Positions 7,830-17,149 of a stretch of DNA of 64,000 nt are shown here, in pieces. The notes under the pieces are model-generated. The model worked only from the letters and a program-made list of their open reading frames with translations. It was not told the origin of the DNA and did not search any database. The DNA is taken from positions 192,743-256,742 of the forward strand of contig JAJYOG010000001.1 of the NCBI GenBank assembly GCA_021785935.1, read 5' to 3'. Numbering within the stretch: the first letter of the stretch is position 1; each line of letters begins with the position of its first letter. This DNA is from Actinomycetes bacterium (GTDB lineage: Bacteria > Actinomycetota > Thermoleophilia > BMS3ABIN01). The position numbers were made by a program, and so were the translations under genes.

Positions 7830-8680
7830 AGGGCGACCTCAACCGCAGTCGCCGCAATCTGACCAGCGGCTTCGCCTATCTGCTTTGTTTGCTGTCAACG
7901 GCAATTGCCTTGATTCCGTTGGGGCTCATCCTTGTGTACGTAATTGTACAGGGTGCTCCGGCTCTGAATCTTGACTTTCTCACGCAACTGCCAAAGCCGG
8001 TGGGTGAGACGGGTGGCGGCATGGGTAACGCCATCGTCGGATCGCTTATGCTCATAGGCATCGCCGCCGCTATCGGTCTGCCGATTGGCGTGCTCGCCGG
8101 TACCTATCTTGCCGAGTTCCGCAGCCCGCGGCTGAGCTGGACTGTAAGGCTGCTGGCGGATATTCTGAGCGGCGTCCCCTCGATCATCATCGGTGTTTTT
8201 GTCTATACATTGCTTGTGCTGACCATGAAGCGTTTCTCGGCGCTGGCTGGTGGAGTAGCTCTGGCGGTGCTTATGTTGCCGACTGTCGCGCGGACGACTG
8301 AGGAGATGCTGCGCATGGTGCCCGATACCCTGCGCGAGGCGTCGCTGGCCCTTGGCATTTCCCGCTGGCGGACAATCGTCAGTATAGTTATTAAAACAGC
8401 CGGTGGCGGCATCATGACCGGGATCATGCTGGCCCTCGCCCGAATCGCCGGCGAGACGGCGCCGCTTCTGTTCACGGCGCTAAACAGCCGCACCTGGCCG
8501 ACCGGCCTCGATAAGCCGGTCGCTTCGTTGCCCGTGCAGATCTATACCTATGCCATAGCCCCGTATGCGGATTGGCATCAGCAGGCCTGGGCCGGTTCCC
8601 TGGTTCTCGTCCTGATGGTACTACTCCTGAGTGTGGGGTCAAAACTCTATTTTGGCAGAAAAATGAGGAGTGTCAGATAA
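7826..8680 (+). CDS. pstA: Phosphate ABC transporter permease PstA
   Basis: Permease with REASLALGISRWRT (EAA loop). 4-nt overlap with pstC. Confidence 0.92.
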   Translation: MKGDLNRSRRNLTSGFAYLLCLLSTAIALIPLGLILVYVIVQGAPALNLDFLTQLPKPVGETGGGMGNAIVGSLMLIGIAAAIGLPIGVLAGTYLAEFRSPRLSWTVRLLADILSGVPSIIIGVFVYTLLVLTMKRFSALAGGVALAVLMLPTVARTTEEMLRMVPDTLREASLALGISRWRTIVSIVIKTAGGGIMTGIMLALARIAGETAPLLFTALNSRTWPTGLDKPVASLPVQIYTYAIAPYADWHQQAWAGSLVLVLMVLLLSVGSKLYFGRKMRSVR

Positions 8681-8683
8681 GCC

Positions 8684-9463
8684 ATGGCTGGATGCATTAC
8701 CACAAAGAATCTCAGCGCTACGTTCGGCGACATCCGGGCGATTGAAGGAATAAGCATCGAGATCACCGCTAATAAAGTTACCGCTCTGATCGGACCGTCT
8801 GGATGCGGGAAATCCACATTCCTGCGCTGCATCAACCGCATGCATGAGCTGGTTCCCGGCGCCAGGACTTCCGGAGAGATAATCTGGGATGGCAGGGATA
8901 TATATGCGCCAGAGGTTGACGCCACCGAGGTCCGGCGTGGCATCGGCATGGTCTTTCAACGGCCTAACCCGTTTCCGCTGATGTCCATCGCCGATAACGT
9001 CAGCGCCGGTTTGCGGCTGGCGGGGATGAGGAAAAACAAGGCCGGGATCGACGAGGCGGTCGAGCGCAGCCTGAAACTGGCTGCGCTCTGGGATGAAGTA
9101 AAAAACAAACTCGACAAACCCGGTGGCAGCCTCTCCGGCGGGCAGCAGCAGCGGCTTTGTATCGCCCGCGCGCTGGCGGTGGAGCCTGATATCATTCTCA
9201 TGGATGAGCCCTGCTCGGCGCTCGATCCCGCTTCAACCCAGAAAATAGAAGACACAATGGACCAATTGAAGGATAATTACACTATTGTCATTGTTACCCA
9301 CAACATGCAGCAAGCTGCCCGGGTATCAGACTTCACCGGTTTTTTGCTAACGCGGGAGACCGGAGAGCCTGGCCGCCTGATCGAATACGGGCCGACCAGC
9401 AAGATATTTACCATGCCGGACCATAAGGAAACTGAAAATTATATTACGGGGAGGTTCGGTTAG
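8684..9463 (+). CDS. pstB: Phosphate ABC transporter ATP-binding protein PstB
   Basis: Walker [10 protein letters not shown], signature LSGGQQQR, Walker B ILMDEP. Confidence 0.95.
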   Translation: MAGCITTKNLSATFGDIRAIEGISIEITANKVTALIGPSGCGKSTFLRCINRMHELVPGARTSGEIIWDGRDIYAPEVDATEVRRGIGMVFQRPNPFPLMSIADNVSAGLRLAGMRKNKAGIDEAVERSLKLAALWDEVKNKLDKPGGSLSGGQQQRLCIARALAVEPDIILMDEPCSALDPASTQKIEDTMDQLKDNYTIVIVTHNMQQAARVSDFTGFLLTRETGEPGRLIEYGPTSKIFTMPDHKETENYITGRFG

Positions 9464-10171
9464 ATGACGAGGCAGTCATTTCATGAAGGTTTGAAGCAGC
9501 TGAATTACGAGATTCTGCGCATGGCCAGCCTGGTAGTTGAGGCGGTCGATCTTTCCACGCAGGCGTTACTGACTGGCGACCGCAAACTGGCAAACAGCGT
9601 CATCGCCGGCGACGACGATATCAATGAACTCAGTCTCTGGATCGAAGGTCAGTGCCTCGCCCTCCAGGCGCGGCAGCAGCCGGTAGCAAAAGATCTCAGG
9701 CTTCTGCATGTTTGCCTCCTGGTCAGCCTGCATCTTGAGCGCATCGGTGATCTGGCGGTAAACGTCGCCAAGATAGCCAAGCGTATGGAAAGGACAGAAG
9801 GGGCAGAGCCTTATCTGGAGCTGCTCAGGAAGATGTCCGCCCAGGCCCTGGAAGTACTCCGCCAGGGTATCAAGGCTTTCGCGGATCGTGACGCCGAGGT
9901 GGCAAACAAACTGGAGGAGATTGACGAGCCGATCGACGAAATGTTCAAGGAGATACTTGGCCGCCTGCTGCATCCGAGTGAGGAAGACCAGGAGGTGGCC
10001 TCGTCGGAGTGGGCAACTCACGTGGCGCTTGCGAGCCGTTATATCGAGCGGATCGCCGACCAGGTTGTCGACATGGGCGGACGCGTAGCCTTTCTGGTCA
10101 CCGGCGAGCTTGATGGCAAGTATTTCGACCGTCCGCTGGCGCCGGATATCAAAAATCAGTTTGGGGAGTAA
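9464..10171 (+). CDS. phoU: Phosphate signalling complex protein PhoU
   Basis: Two PhoU repeats (DDDINE..., ERIGD / ERIADQ). Immediately follows pstB. Confidence 0.9.
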   Translation: MTRQSFHEGLKQLNYEILRMASLVVEAVDLSTQALLTGDRKLANSVIAGDDDINELSLWIEGQCLALQARQQPVAKDLRLLHVCLLVSLHLERIGDLAVNVAKIAKRMERTEGAEPYLELLRKMSAQALEVLRQGIKAFADRDAEVANKLEEIDEPIDEMFKEILGRLLHPSEEDQEVASSEWATHVALASRYIERIADQVVDMGGRVAFLVTGELDGKYFDRPLAPDIKNQFGE

Positions 10172-10190
10172 GATCAGTTTGGGGAGTAAA
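10155..10190 (+). repeat. 18-bp tandem duplication spanning the phoU stop codon
   Basis: ATCAGTTTGGGGAGTAAG ATCAGTTTGGGGAGTAAA. Both copies carry an in-frame TAA. Confidence 0.9.
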
Positions 10191-10263
10191 CGGCAAATCC
10201 GAAGCGCCCGGCGCCCGGCAATAATACCCGAATGAATTACAGGGGAGTCTGGCCATAGATACA

Positions 10264-11463
10264 TTGGCAATCATCGCGATCGTGTTGTCGCTGGCGTTGT
10301 TTGGCCTGCTTGTGTTACTCGCGGTTGTTCTCTGGCGCGTTGCCAACGAACGCGAGCGGATCGCGGCGATGCTGGGGTCATCTTCCGGGGAGTCGCTCAA
10401 CGATTCGATTTCGAGGCTGAAGCTAGCCGCGGAAGCAGCAGCCAGCATACCGGAAATTAAAAGCAGCCTCGACCAGCTCGTTACCAACTGCCCGCTGCCC
10501 GTACTAATCCTCGATGAAAGCCTCGTAATCACTGATTTAAGCCCCCGCGCCGAGCTGGAGCTGGATCAACCCCGCAGGCGCCGCGGTCTTCTCGAAGGAT
10601 TGGAAAGCCATGAACTTGAAGACGCAGCCCGGACGGCCATCGCTACGCTCGAGCCGGCAGAGATCGTCGTCAGGCTTTATGCCGCGGGCAGGCGCACATA
10701 CACGGCAAAACTCTTTCCGTTCCAATCAGGCAGGAAAAGAATGTGTCTTCTGTTTATGCAGAGCGCCGCGTCCACGATTGAGTTCGGCGAACTCAGGTCA
10801 CAGTTCGCCGCGACGGTTTCTCATGAATTAAGGACTCCCCTGGCCGGGATCCGCGCCATGGTCGAAACCCTGAAGCATCCCGGCATCGAACCTGATGACC
10901 GCGACCGGTTCCTCGAACGCATCGATCAGGAAACAAATCGCCTCACTCAACTCGTGGATGACATCCTCTTCCTTTCATCGCTGGAATCGGGCGCGGCAAA
11001 CCTGGAGGGCAGCTCCGAACTTCGCCAGGTGATCGATGCGCTAATCGAAAAACTTCAGCCGGTGGCCACGAAATTCGGTGTAACAGTAAAAAACAGCATC
11101 CCTGAAGATCTCGTTATTCCCCTTCCGGAAAGGATGGCCTCGACGGTCTTTTCCAACCTGATGGAGAATTCAATCAAATACAGCGGCCGAAAATCTCACG
11201 TAGAAGTCATCGCATCAAAAGGGGACGGCAAAATAAAAATTCTGGTTACGGACGACGGCATCGGCATCGACGCCGAGCATTTGCCGCATATCTTCGAAAG
11301 GTTTTATCGCGTCGACAAATCCCGCAGCCGGAGACTTGGTGGCACAGGCCTGGGACTATCGATCGTCAAGCACGTAGTGGAAAGCGCCGGCGGGGAAGTG
11401 AAAGCGAACAGCCGGGAGGGCTTTGGCACCGAGCTGGTCGTGGAGTTGCCCCTCAAGTCCTGA
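10264..11463 (+). CDS. phoR: Sensor histidine kinase, PhoR-like by context
   Basis: N-terminal TM helix, H-box ATVSHELRTPL, and N/G boxes (NLMENSIKYS, DDGIGI, GGTGLGLSIV). TTG start. Located directly after phoU. Confidence 0.8.
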   Translation: MAIIAIVLSLALFGLLVLLAVVLWRVANERERIAAMLGSSSGESLNDSISRLKLAAEAAASIPEIKSSLDQLVTNCPLPVLILDESLVITDLSPRAELELDQPRRRRGLLEGLESHELEDAARTAIATLEPAEIVVRLYAAGRRTYTAKLFPFQSGRKRMCLLFMQSAASTIEFGELRSQFAATVSHELRTPLAGIRAMVETLKHPGIEPDDRDRFLERIDQETNRLTQLVDDILFLSSLESGAANLEGSSELRQVIDALIEKLQPVATKFGVTVKNSIPEDLVIPLPERMASTVFSNLMENSIKYSGRKSHVEVIASKGDGKIKILVTDDGIGIDAEHLPHIFERFYRVDKSRSRRLGGTGLGLSIVKHVVESAGGEVKANSREGFGTELVVELPLKS

Positions 11464-11505
11464 AGCGCATCAAATTTTCTCGGAGTATTTTTCTGGACAC
11501 CCAGG

Positions 11506-11532
11506 GGCGGCGTCCGGGAACCGGACGCCGCC
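11506..11532. terminator. Hairpin between convergent genes (kinase and small paralog 3)
   Basis: GGCGGCGTCCGG GAA CCGGACGCCGCC, a 12-bp perfect stem. No clear U-tract. Confidence 0.5.
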
Positions 11533-11575
11533 CGCCGGCCTCGCTGCCGGGCGGGTAACTGAGGTTAAGACGGGG

Positions 11576-11836
11576 CTACGTTATGTAGACCCCCGCATTG
11601 CTGCAGCGGCAGCGATGCACGTAGGCGTCCTGTCCGCCGCCAGCGCTGGTGACCGGCCCCTCGATCGCGAAGAGGGCACGCTCCACCTGTAACGGCGACA
11701 CGCCGGCGATGCTGCCGGCAATGTCATCGACGGACACGGGAACGTTCGGCTGACGCTTCAGGCATTTCAGCACGTCGTTCCGGATCACGTCGAGACAGAC
11801 GGCAGTCCTTGGCGGGATTATCGTGGTTATACTCAT
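11576..11836 (-). CDS. Small (86 aa) winged-helix-like protein, paralog 3 of 3
   Basis: ATG at 11836 preceded by GGAGGTGG; the longer track ORF to 11977 lacks an RBS. Family motifs RQPNVP, QVERALFAIEGP, GVYIT. Confidence 0.7.
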   Translation of the reverse strand: MSITTIIPPRTAVCLDVIRNDVLKCLKRQPNVPVSVDDIAGSIAGVSPLQVERALFAIEGPVTSAGGGQDAYVHRCRCSNAGVYIT

Positions 11837-11905
11837 GTTCCACCTCCTTTCATCATTTTCGAGCGGCATTGTATATCTGTCTGCATGATAGCAACGCGGA
11901 CGTCG

Positions 11906-11938
11906 GCTGAGGTTAAAAGCCGGTGAACGAAATGTGAC
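11906..11938 (-). promoter_or_regulatory. PHO-box-like operator E (minus strand), in the divergent region between paralog 3 and the 11962 gene
   Basis: The minus strand reads GTCACATTTCG TTCACCGGCTT TTAACCTCAGC with 11-nt phasing. It ends ~70 nt upstream of the ATG at 11836. Confidence 0.5.
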
Positions 11939-11961
11939 AAAATAATACCTGGCGAATATAC

Positions 11962-13800
11962 TTGATCTACCAACCAAGACACCGGGTTTCTGTGGATTTC
12001 TTTCTGAGGACCAAATTGAGGCGGGGGTTTTCGCTTGCCGTTGCCTACACGGGATTGACGTTCGCCCTTACCTACCCCCTAATTCTGCATTTCTCGACAT
12101 TTTTTGTCGGTGACTCTGAGGACGGGGCTTCATCGGTATGGGCTGTCTGGTGGATGAAATATTCGCTCATGGATTTACATCAGAGCCCGCTGGCCTGCGA
12201 TTACCTTTTCTATCCCTTTGGTGTCAGTCTGACCTATCATCACATGCCAAAGGTGATGGGTCTGATCAGCATTCCTTTCCAGTACATTTTCGGGCTTACC
12301 GCCGCCTACAATCTTTTATTTGTGGGCACCTTCGTCGCAACAGGGCTGACGACCTACTGGCTTGTGCGCCGGCTAACGGGCGAACGGCTGCCGGCATTTC
12401 TGGCCGGCGCCATCTTTGCCTTCGCGCCGTTCCGGTGGGGTCAACAATCACATATCGCTCTTTTATCAACGATGATGATACCGGTCTATTTCGCGCTCCT
12501 GTTCCAGGGGATGGACGCACTTGCCGAGAGCGGCCGGCGTGCCTGGAAATATTTTGTCCTGGCGGGAGTCGCGTTGGCGATGGCTGCCTACGATACCGAA
12601 CAATACGTAATTTTCCTTTTGCCGCTGACCGCGTTGTTTGCGGTATTTTTTTTCCCACTTCGCTGGAACCGGGAAGAATTTAAAAAATGGTTCCGGCTGC
12701 TGACGGGATTGGGGATCGCTGGTCTCACCGCGGCCCTGTTATATTCCCCGATATTTTTTACCGCTCTCTCGGAGATGAAATCCCAGGGAGACTTTGTCAC
12801 GTTTCCCTTGGGTGTCAGCTGGCCCGGAGCCGATCTTCTCTCCTTTTTTGTGCCGCAGGGAACATTTGCTTTCCTGGGATCGACCTTTGACAAGTTTACC
12901 CAGAGCTTTTCTCCCGCTGAAACAACCTATTTTGGCTGGACGGCGCTGACGCTGGCCGCAATCGGTGTAGTTACCCACGTCAGGAGCAGGAAGGTCTGGT
13001 TCTGGACGGCAACCGCGGTAATCTTTTCAGCCCTGGCGCTGGGCCCGTATCCGATTATCAACGGCAGCGTCCTCAGTATTCGCGGCCCTTACATCCTTAT
13101 CACAAAAATACCTTTTATTAATGAGGGAAGGGCTCCCGGCCGTTTTGCCCTGCTCGCCATGCTGGCCATTGCGGTACTGGCCGGTTACGGCGCCAGCGCC
13201 CTTTTGCGTCAATTCAGGAAAGACAGGAAAGGGCGCATGGCGGCTTCTATCGTGTGTGCTGTCCTGCTACTGGCAGTCTGCGTGGAGTTCAAGCCTTCAG
13301 TGACCTTGACCTCTAACGAATCACCGGATATCTACGAGGAAATCGCCGCTTCCGGCACTCAGGGTTCTGTCATTGATCTGCCGCTGGGATGGGAGAGCGG
13401 CAACCTCACGACCGGCACCGAAAAAACGTTTGTTCAGCTCTACCAGCCAATTCATCAAAAGCCGATGGTCGGCGGTTTTGTCTCGAGAACACCGATGGAA
13501 GTTGTCATGCGCGGCCTGTATACCCCGGTAATTGACTATCTGGTCAAACCGGATCAGCCTGAGCCATCGGCTCCGGATGTGAACCCGGCAGCTATTTCTC
13601 GAGTTATGGACGAGTACCAGATAGCATTCATCGTCGTTCATAAGCTGGGGCCTGAAACAATAGCGCGCGGGACTGACTATCATGTGGATTCCGGCCTCTC
13701 ACCCACGGCTATCAACAATGTTGATAAATATGTCACCACCTGGCTGGGAATGGAAAAATTCGCGGAGACGGAAGACATCGTTGCCTATAGAAGGCGTTAA
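11962..13800 (+). CDS. Large polytopic membrane protein, GT-C-like (uncharacterised); paralog of the gene ending at 587
   Basis: 612 aa with many TM helices and a soluble C-terminal domain homologous to 1..587. Start uncertain (TTG 11962 or GTG 11992). Confidence 0.7.
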   Translation: MIYQPRHRVSVDFFLRTKLRRGFSLAVAYTGLTFALTYPLILHFSTFFVGDSEDGASSVWAVWWMKYSLMDLHQSPLACDYLFYPFGVSLTYHHMPKVMGLISIPFQYIFGLTAAYNLLFVGTFVATGLTTYWLVRRLTGERLPAFLAGAIFAFAPFRWGQQSHIALLSTMMIPVYFALLFQGMDALAESGRRAWKYFVLAGVALAMAAYDTEQYVIFLLPLTALFAVFFFPLRWNREEFKKWFRLLTGLGIAGLTAALLYSPIFFTALSEMKSQGDFVTFPLGVSWPGADLLSFFVPQGTFAFLGSTFDKFTQSFSPAETTYFGWTALTLAAIGVVTHVRSRKVWFWTATAVIFSALALGPYPIINGSVLSIRGPYILITKIPFINEGRAPGRFALLAMLAIAVLAGYGASALLRQFRKDRKGRMAASIVCAVLLLAVCVEFKPSVTLTSNESPDIYEEIAASGTQGSVIDLPLGWESGNLTTGTEKTFVQLYQPIHQKPMVGGFVSRTPMEVVMRGLYTPVIDYLVKPDQPEPSAPDVNPAAISRVMDEYQIAFIVVHKLGPETIARGTDYHVDSGLSPTAINNVDKYVTTWLGMEKFAETEDIVAYRRR

Positions 13801-13803
13801 GGG

Positions 13804-15306
13804 ATGGCCCTCATGATAAATAAAACAAAAAAAGTTTTAGCCGGCGCAGCCATTTCGCTCACCCTGCCGGCTCTACTAACCCTGCTGGCTCTGATATCCA
13901 TGACAGGCTGCTCGAGCGACACGTCAACAGGGGACCTCAGCCAGGAAAAGATTGCCTATATCGCCGACGACGGCTCATCGGGATCGGTCAGGTTCAACCC
14001 TGTTGATGGAGGCGCTTCTCATGGTGTTTTGCAGTGGGCGGGACTCGGCGAGCGGCTGACATTTTCCGGCGACGGTAAATATTTCGCCCTTTCTCTTGGC
14101 GACAAGAAAGAGACAATGCATTCGCTAATCGCGGCGACGGACGGCAGTGCCGCCTGGCACTTGCCCCGCACGGCAGTCAGGCCCAGCTTTTCTCCCGACG
14201 GTACCAAGGTGGCTTTCACCACGCGCTCTGCCGGCAGCGGAACCGGTGGCGACGGAGCCAGCCGGGCCGGGGTGCTCGACCTGACAACAGGGAAGCTGCA
14301 ATTCCTGGTGGATGGCGTCAATCTCGATAACGCCTCCTGGATCGATAACAGTACTTTCATCTATGACAACACCGGCGGGCAGGTGAACAAGGTTGATATC
14401 GAGACGGGCGAGAAAATCCAGCTGACTCCGGCCGGCATGCAGTTTACTTCGTATTCGTATCCTGTAAGCTACATCCGCAAGAAGCTGGTGTTGACTCAAT
14501 TTGGCGATCTTTACCAGCACAATATCTGGAGCCTCGATCTTGAGAGCGGAGCGTTGAGGAAAATAACCGCGAACGAGCTTTTCCATTACCGGGCCGGTTA
14601 TCTTCCCGGTAGCAATGACATTCTGTTTACGGAACAGCAGTTTGGAGACCGGTTCACATCCGAGCTGTGTCAGATCTCAGATGACGGCAGTTTTTTCAGG
14701 ATGCTGACATCCGACTTTGATTACGACGGGACGCAAACGGTATCTCCGTCCAGCGGGAAACTGGCTTACAAACATACGGACCAGGTGGAAAATGCTTCCT
14801 GGGAATTCATGCCGGGGAAGGTGAAAGTTACCAAACCGACGACAACAGGCAGTTCGATCTGGGTGATCAACCCGGATGGGACCGGCAGAACACAGATTGC
14901 CGGGTCCGATACGGACTCACTGTCTGACCCGTGCTTCGTGACGGCGCCAGGGTGGAACAGCGTCAATCCCCTGAAGCTTTCAGTCGCCGGGGGTCCATCA
15001 GGCAGCGATTCCTTTACGGTGACGATCGAAAATCCGGGGAGTGTCAGTATCGATTCTGTTTTGAGGGCGCTACCGGGCGCGGACCTCAAGCTGTCTTCGA
15101 TGAACGGCTCCGAACCCGAAGCGGCGACTGACGGTCCGGCCGGGCAGTTACAATGGCGCCTTGAGCTTGGGCCGGGTGAAAAACGGGAAATCAATCTCAG
15201 CGTCGACGTCAATAAATCCAACGGTGCCGGCGATCTTGCCACCATGCTCTTCACGCTGAACGTCGACGGGGCTTTTCCGTTGATGTATTGGCAGGATTGC
15301 GGCTAA
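13804..15306 (+). CDS. Lipoprotein with TolB-like (PD40) beta-propeller repeats
   Basis: Signal peptide plus lipobox (SMTGC). FSPDGTKVAFT-type PD40 motifs. 3-nt gap after the upstream gene. Confidence 0.75.
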   Translation: MALMINKTKKVLAGAAISLTLPALLTLLALISMTGCSSDTSTGDLSQEKIAYIADDGSSGSVRFNPVDGGASHGVLQWAGLGERLTFSGDGKYFALSLGDKKETMHSLIAATDGSAAWHLPRTAVRPSFSPDGTKVAFTTRSAGSGTGGDGASRAGVLDLTTGKLQFLVDGVNLDNASWIDNSTFIYDNTGGQVNKVDIETGEKIQLTPAGMQFTSYSYPVSYIRKKLVLTQFGDLYQHNIWSLDLESGALRKITANELFHYRAGYLPGSNDILFTEQQFGDRFTSELCQISDDGSFFRMLTSDFDYDGTQTVSPSSGKLAYKHTDQVENASWEFMPGKVKVTKPTTTGSSIWVINPDGTGRTQIAGSDTDSLSDPCFVTAPGWNSVNPLKLSVAGGPSGSDSFTVTIENPGSVSIDSVLRALPGADLKLSSMNGSEPEAATDGPAGQLQWRLELGPGEKREINLSVDVNKSNGAGDLATMLFTLNVDGAFPLMYWQDCG

Positions 15307-15367
15307 CATCAAAGCTTTCTGACAGGCAGAGGCGGTGTCCTGAAACCCCGCTCCCCGGTCTTACCGC

Positions 15368-16105
15368 TTATCCCAGCAGCAGCGCCGCTCCCAGCATCAG
15401 GGCGAAACCGGCGGTAAAGGCCAACGGAACGCTGTAATCACGCCAGTTGGTTTCGTGGGCCACGGGCAGCAGGTCGCTGGTGGATATATATAGGAAGGTT
15501 CCGGCGGAGAGGCCAATGCCGACACCGAGCACCACATCGCTGGCTCCGGAGAAAAACAGGCCTACGATCGCTCCCACCACCGCCATCAGCGCCAGCACCA
15601 TCAACACCCGCCACGCCTTCATTCGCCTGTAACCGCAGGAGAGCATGACTCCCGCCACCGAGACACCACTGGGGAAACTGTGCGCCAGCACCGCGAAGGC
15701 GACCACGAGGCCGAGGGATGCCCGGGCTTCACCGCTGACAGCAATCGAGAAGCCATCGAGCATGGTATGGAAACCGATGCCGACCAGGGCGAAAAAACCA
15801 AAGGGATGCACCCGGCAACCCTGCTCTCGGCAGGCGTGGACCATGGTCACCTTTTCGATCATGTACAGAAGAACGAAACCGACGCTCACGCCGATAACGG
15901 CGCTGCCCTCCGCGAGTTTGAAGCTTTCCGGAAACATGTCGTTGATGCCCGCCGAAAGCAGCACGCCCGCCGAGAATGCCACCAGCAGCGAGATTCCCCG
16001 TTCGCTCAGTTGCTTGCGCGCCAACGGCAGGCTGCCGCCGGCAATGGTGAAAACGGCCGCGAGTGAGGCCAGGAGCAGGCTTGTGAGAGAAGAGGACATA
16101 ATCAA
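15368..16105 (-). CDS. ZIP-family divalent metal transporter (ZupT-like)
   Basis: 8-TM protein with HSFPSGVSV (the HNxPEG equivalent) and GFHTMLDG motifs. Confidence 0.8.
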   Translation of the reverse strand: MIMSSSLTSLLLASLAAVFTIAGGSLPLARKQLSERGISLLVAFSAGVLLSAGINDMFPESFKLAEGSAVIGVSVGFVLLYMIEKVTMVHACREQGCRVHPFGFFALVGIGFHTMLDGFSIAVSGEARASLGLVVAFAVLAHSFPSGVSVAGVMLSCGYRRMKAWRVLMVLALMAVVGAIVGLFFSGASDVVLGVGIGLSAGTFLYISTSDLLPVAHETNWRDYSVPLAFTAGFALMLGAALLLG

Positions 16106-16497
16106 TCAGCCGTGACTTTAACATAAACCTTGCGGTTGCGCGGGCCATCAAATTCGCAGAAGTAAATTGATTGCCAGGTGCCGAGCACCAGGCGGCCGCC
16201 GGCGATCAGAACTATTTCCGAGGAGCCGACCAGCGAAGTCTTGATATGGGCGGCGGAGTTGCCTTCGGCGTGGGCATAGCCATCGTTCCAGGGAATTATT
16301 TTATCCAGCTCAGACTCGATGTCCCGGCGAACAGCGGGGTCAGCGCCCTCATTGATGGTCACCGCCGCGGTCGTGTGCGGTACAAATACCAGGCAGGTCC
16401 CCTCCTCGACGCCGCTGGAGCCAACGGCTTTCTGGACCTCGGCCGTGATGTCGAGCAGCTCGCTTCGCGAACCGGTCGATACCTTGAATTCATACAT
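16102..16497 (-). CDS. YjbQ/UPF0047 family protein (secondary thiamine-phosphate synthase-like)
   Basis: VPHTTAAVTINEGADP ... HIKTSLVGSS ... GTWQSIYFCEFDGPRNR, typical of the YjbQ family. Confidence 0.85.
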   Translation of the reverse strand: MYEFKVSTGSRSELLDITAEVQKAVGSSGVEEGTCLVFVPHTTAAVTINEGADPAVRRDIESELDKIIPWNDGYAHAEGNSAAHIKTSLVGSSEIVLIAGGRLVLGTWQSIYFCEFDGPRNRKVYVKVTAD

Positions 16498-16546
16498 TTA
16501 TGGTCAGGCCTCCCTCATTGCCACATAGCGTAGTCTGGGTGCAGCA

Positions 16547-17149
16547 CTATGCCCATGCCAGGAATAGTGACCAGCCGAGGCCCATCGCCAGGCCGACGAA
16601 AGTGCCCGCGGCGACATCCGAAGGATAATGAACGCCGACGTACACCCGCGTCCAGGAAATGATCAGCGCCAGTGCGAAAAACAGATACCAGAGAGACGGA
16701 TGAAAATAGGTGAAAACGGTCGCGGCGGCAAAGGACATTGACGCGTGCGATGAGGGAAAGGATTTGCTGGAAGGAACGCCCACCAGCGGCCCCAGCGCCG
16801 GTTCATCGAAGACCGGCCGATCGCGCCGCAGAGCCGATTTGACGGCGTAGTTTACAACCAGGGTCGTATAGACCGCGACCGGGATCATGATGGCCATCGC
16901 CCGGCCGTTATTGGCGCCGCTTAAAAAGAAGACCAACGCCAGGCCCAGCCAGAAAAGTCCCCAGTTCCCGCTCACGGAAAGGACTTTTAGGATCATCTCC
17001 AGCGGCTGAAAATGGAAACGGGTTCTGAGCGCGACGAACAGGCGGCAGTCCAGCCCGGGCCTTTCACTGGTATCTTGAATGTGATCCATGGGCGGGTTCA
17101 CTTCGTTCCCGGCCTTTTCGCGAGGTCCTGCCTCTGTATCGTGGTTCAA
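16547..17149 (-). CDS. PAP2-family phosphatase (undecaprenyl-diphosphatase/phosphatidic acid phosphatase-like)
   Basis: The three PAP2 motifs: KxxxxRxRP (KSALRRDRP), PSSH (FPSSHAS), SRxxxxxHxxxD (TRVYVGVHYPSDV). Confidence 0.85.
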   Translation of the reverse strand: MNHDTEAGPREKAGNEVNPPMDHIQDTSERPGLDCRLFVALRTRFHFQPLEMILKVLSVSGNWGLFWLGLALVFFLSGANNGRAMAIMIPVAVYTTLVVNYAVKSALRRDRPVFDEPALGPLVGVPSSKSFPSSHASMSFAAATVFTYFHPSLWYLFFALALIISWTRVYVGVHYPSDVAAGTFVGLAMGLGWSLFLAWA

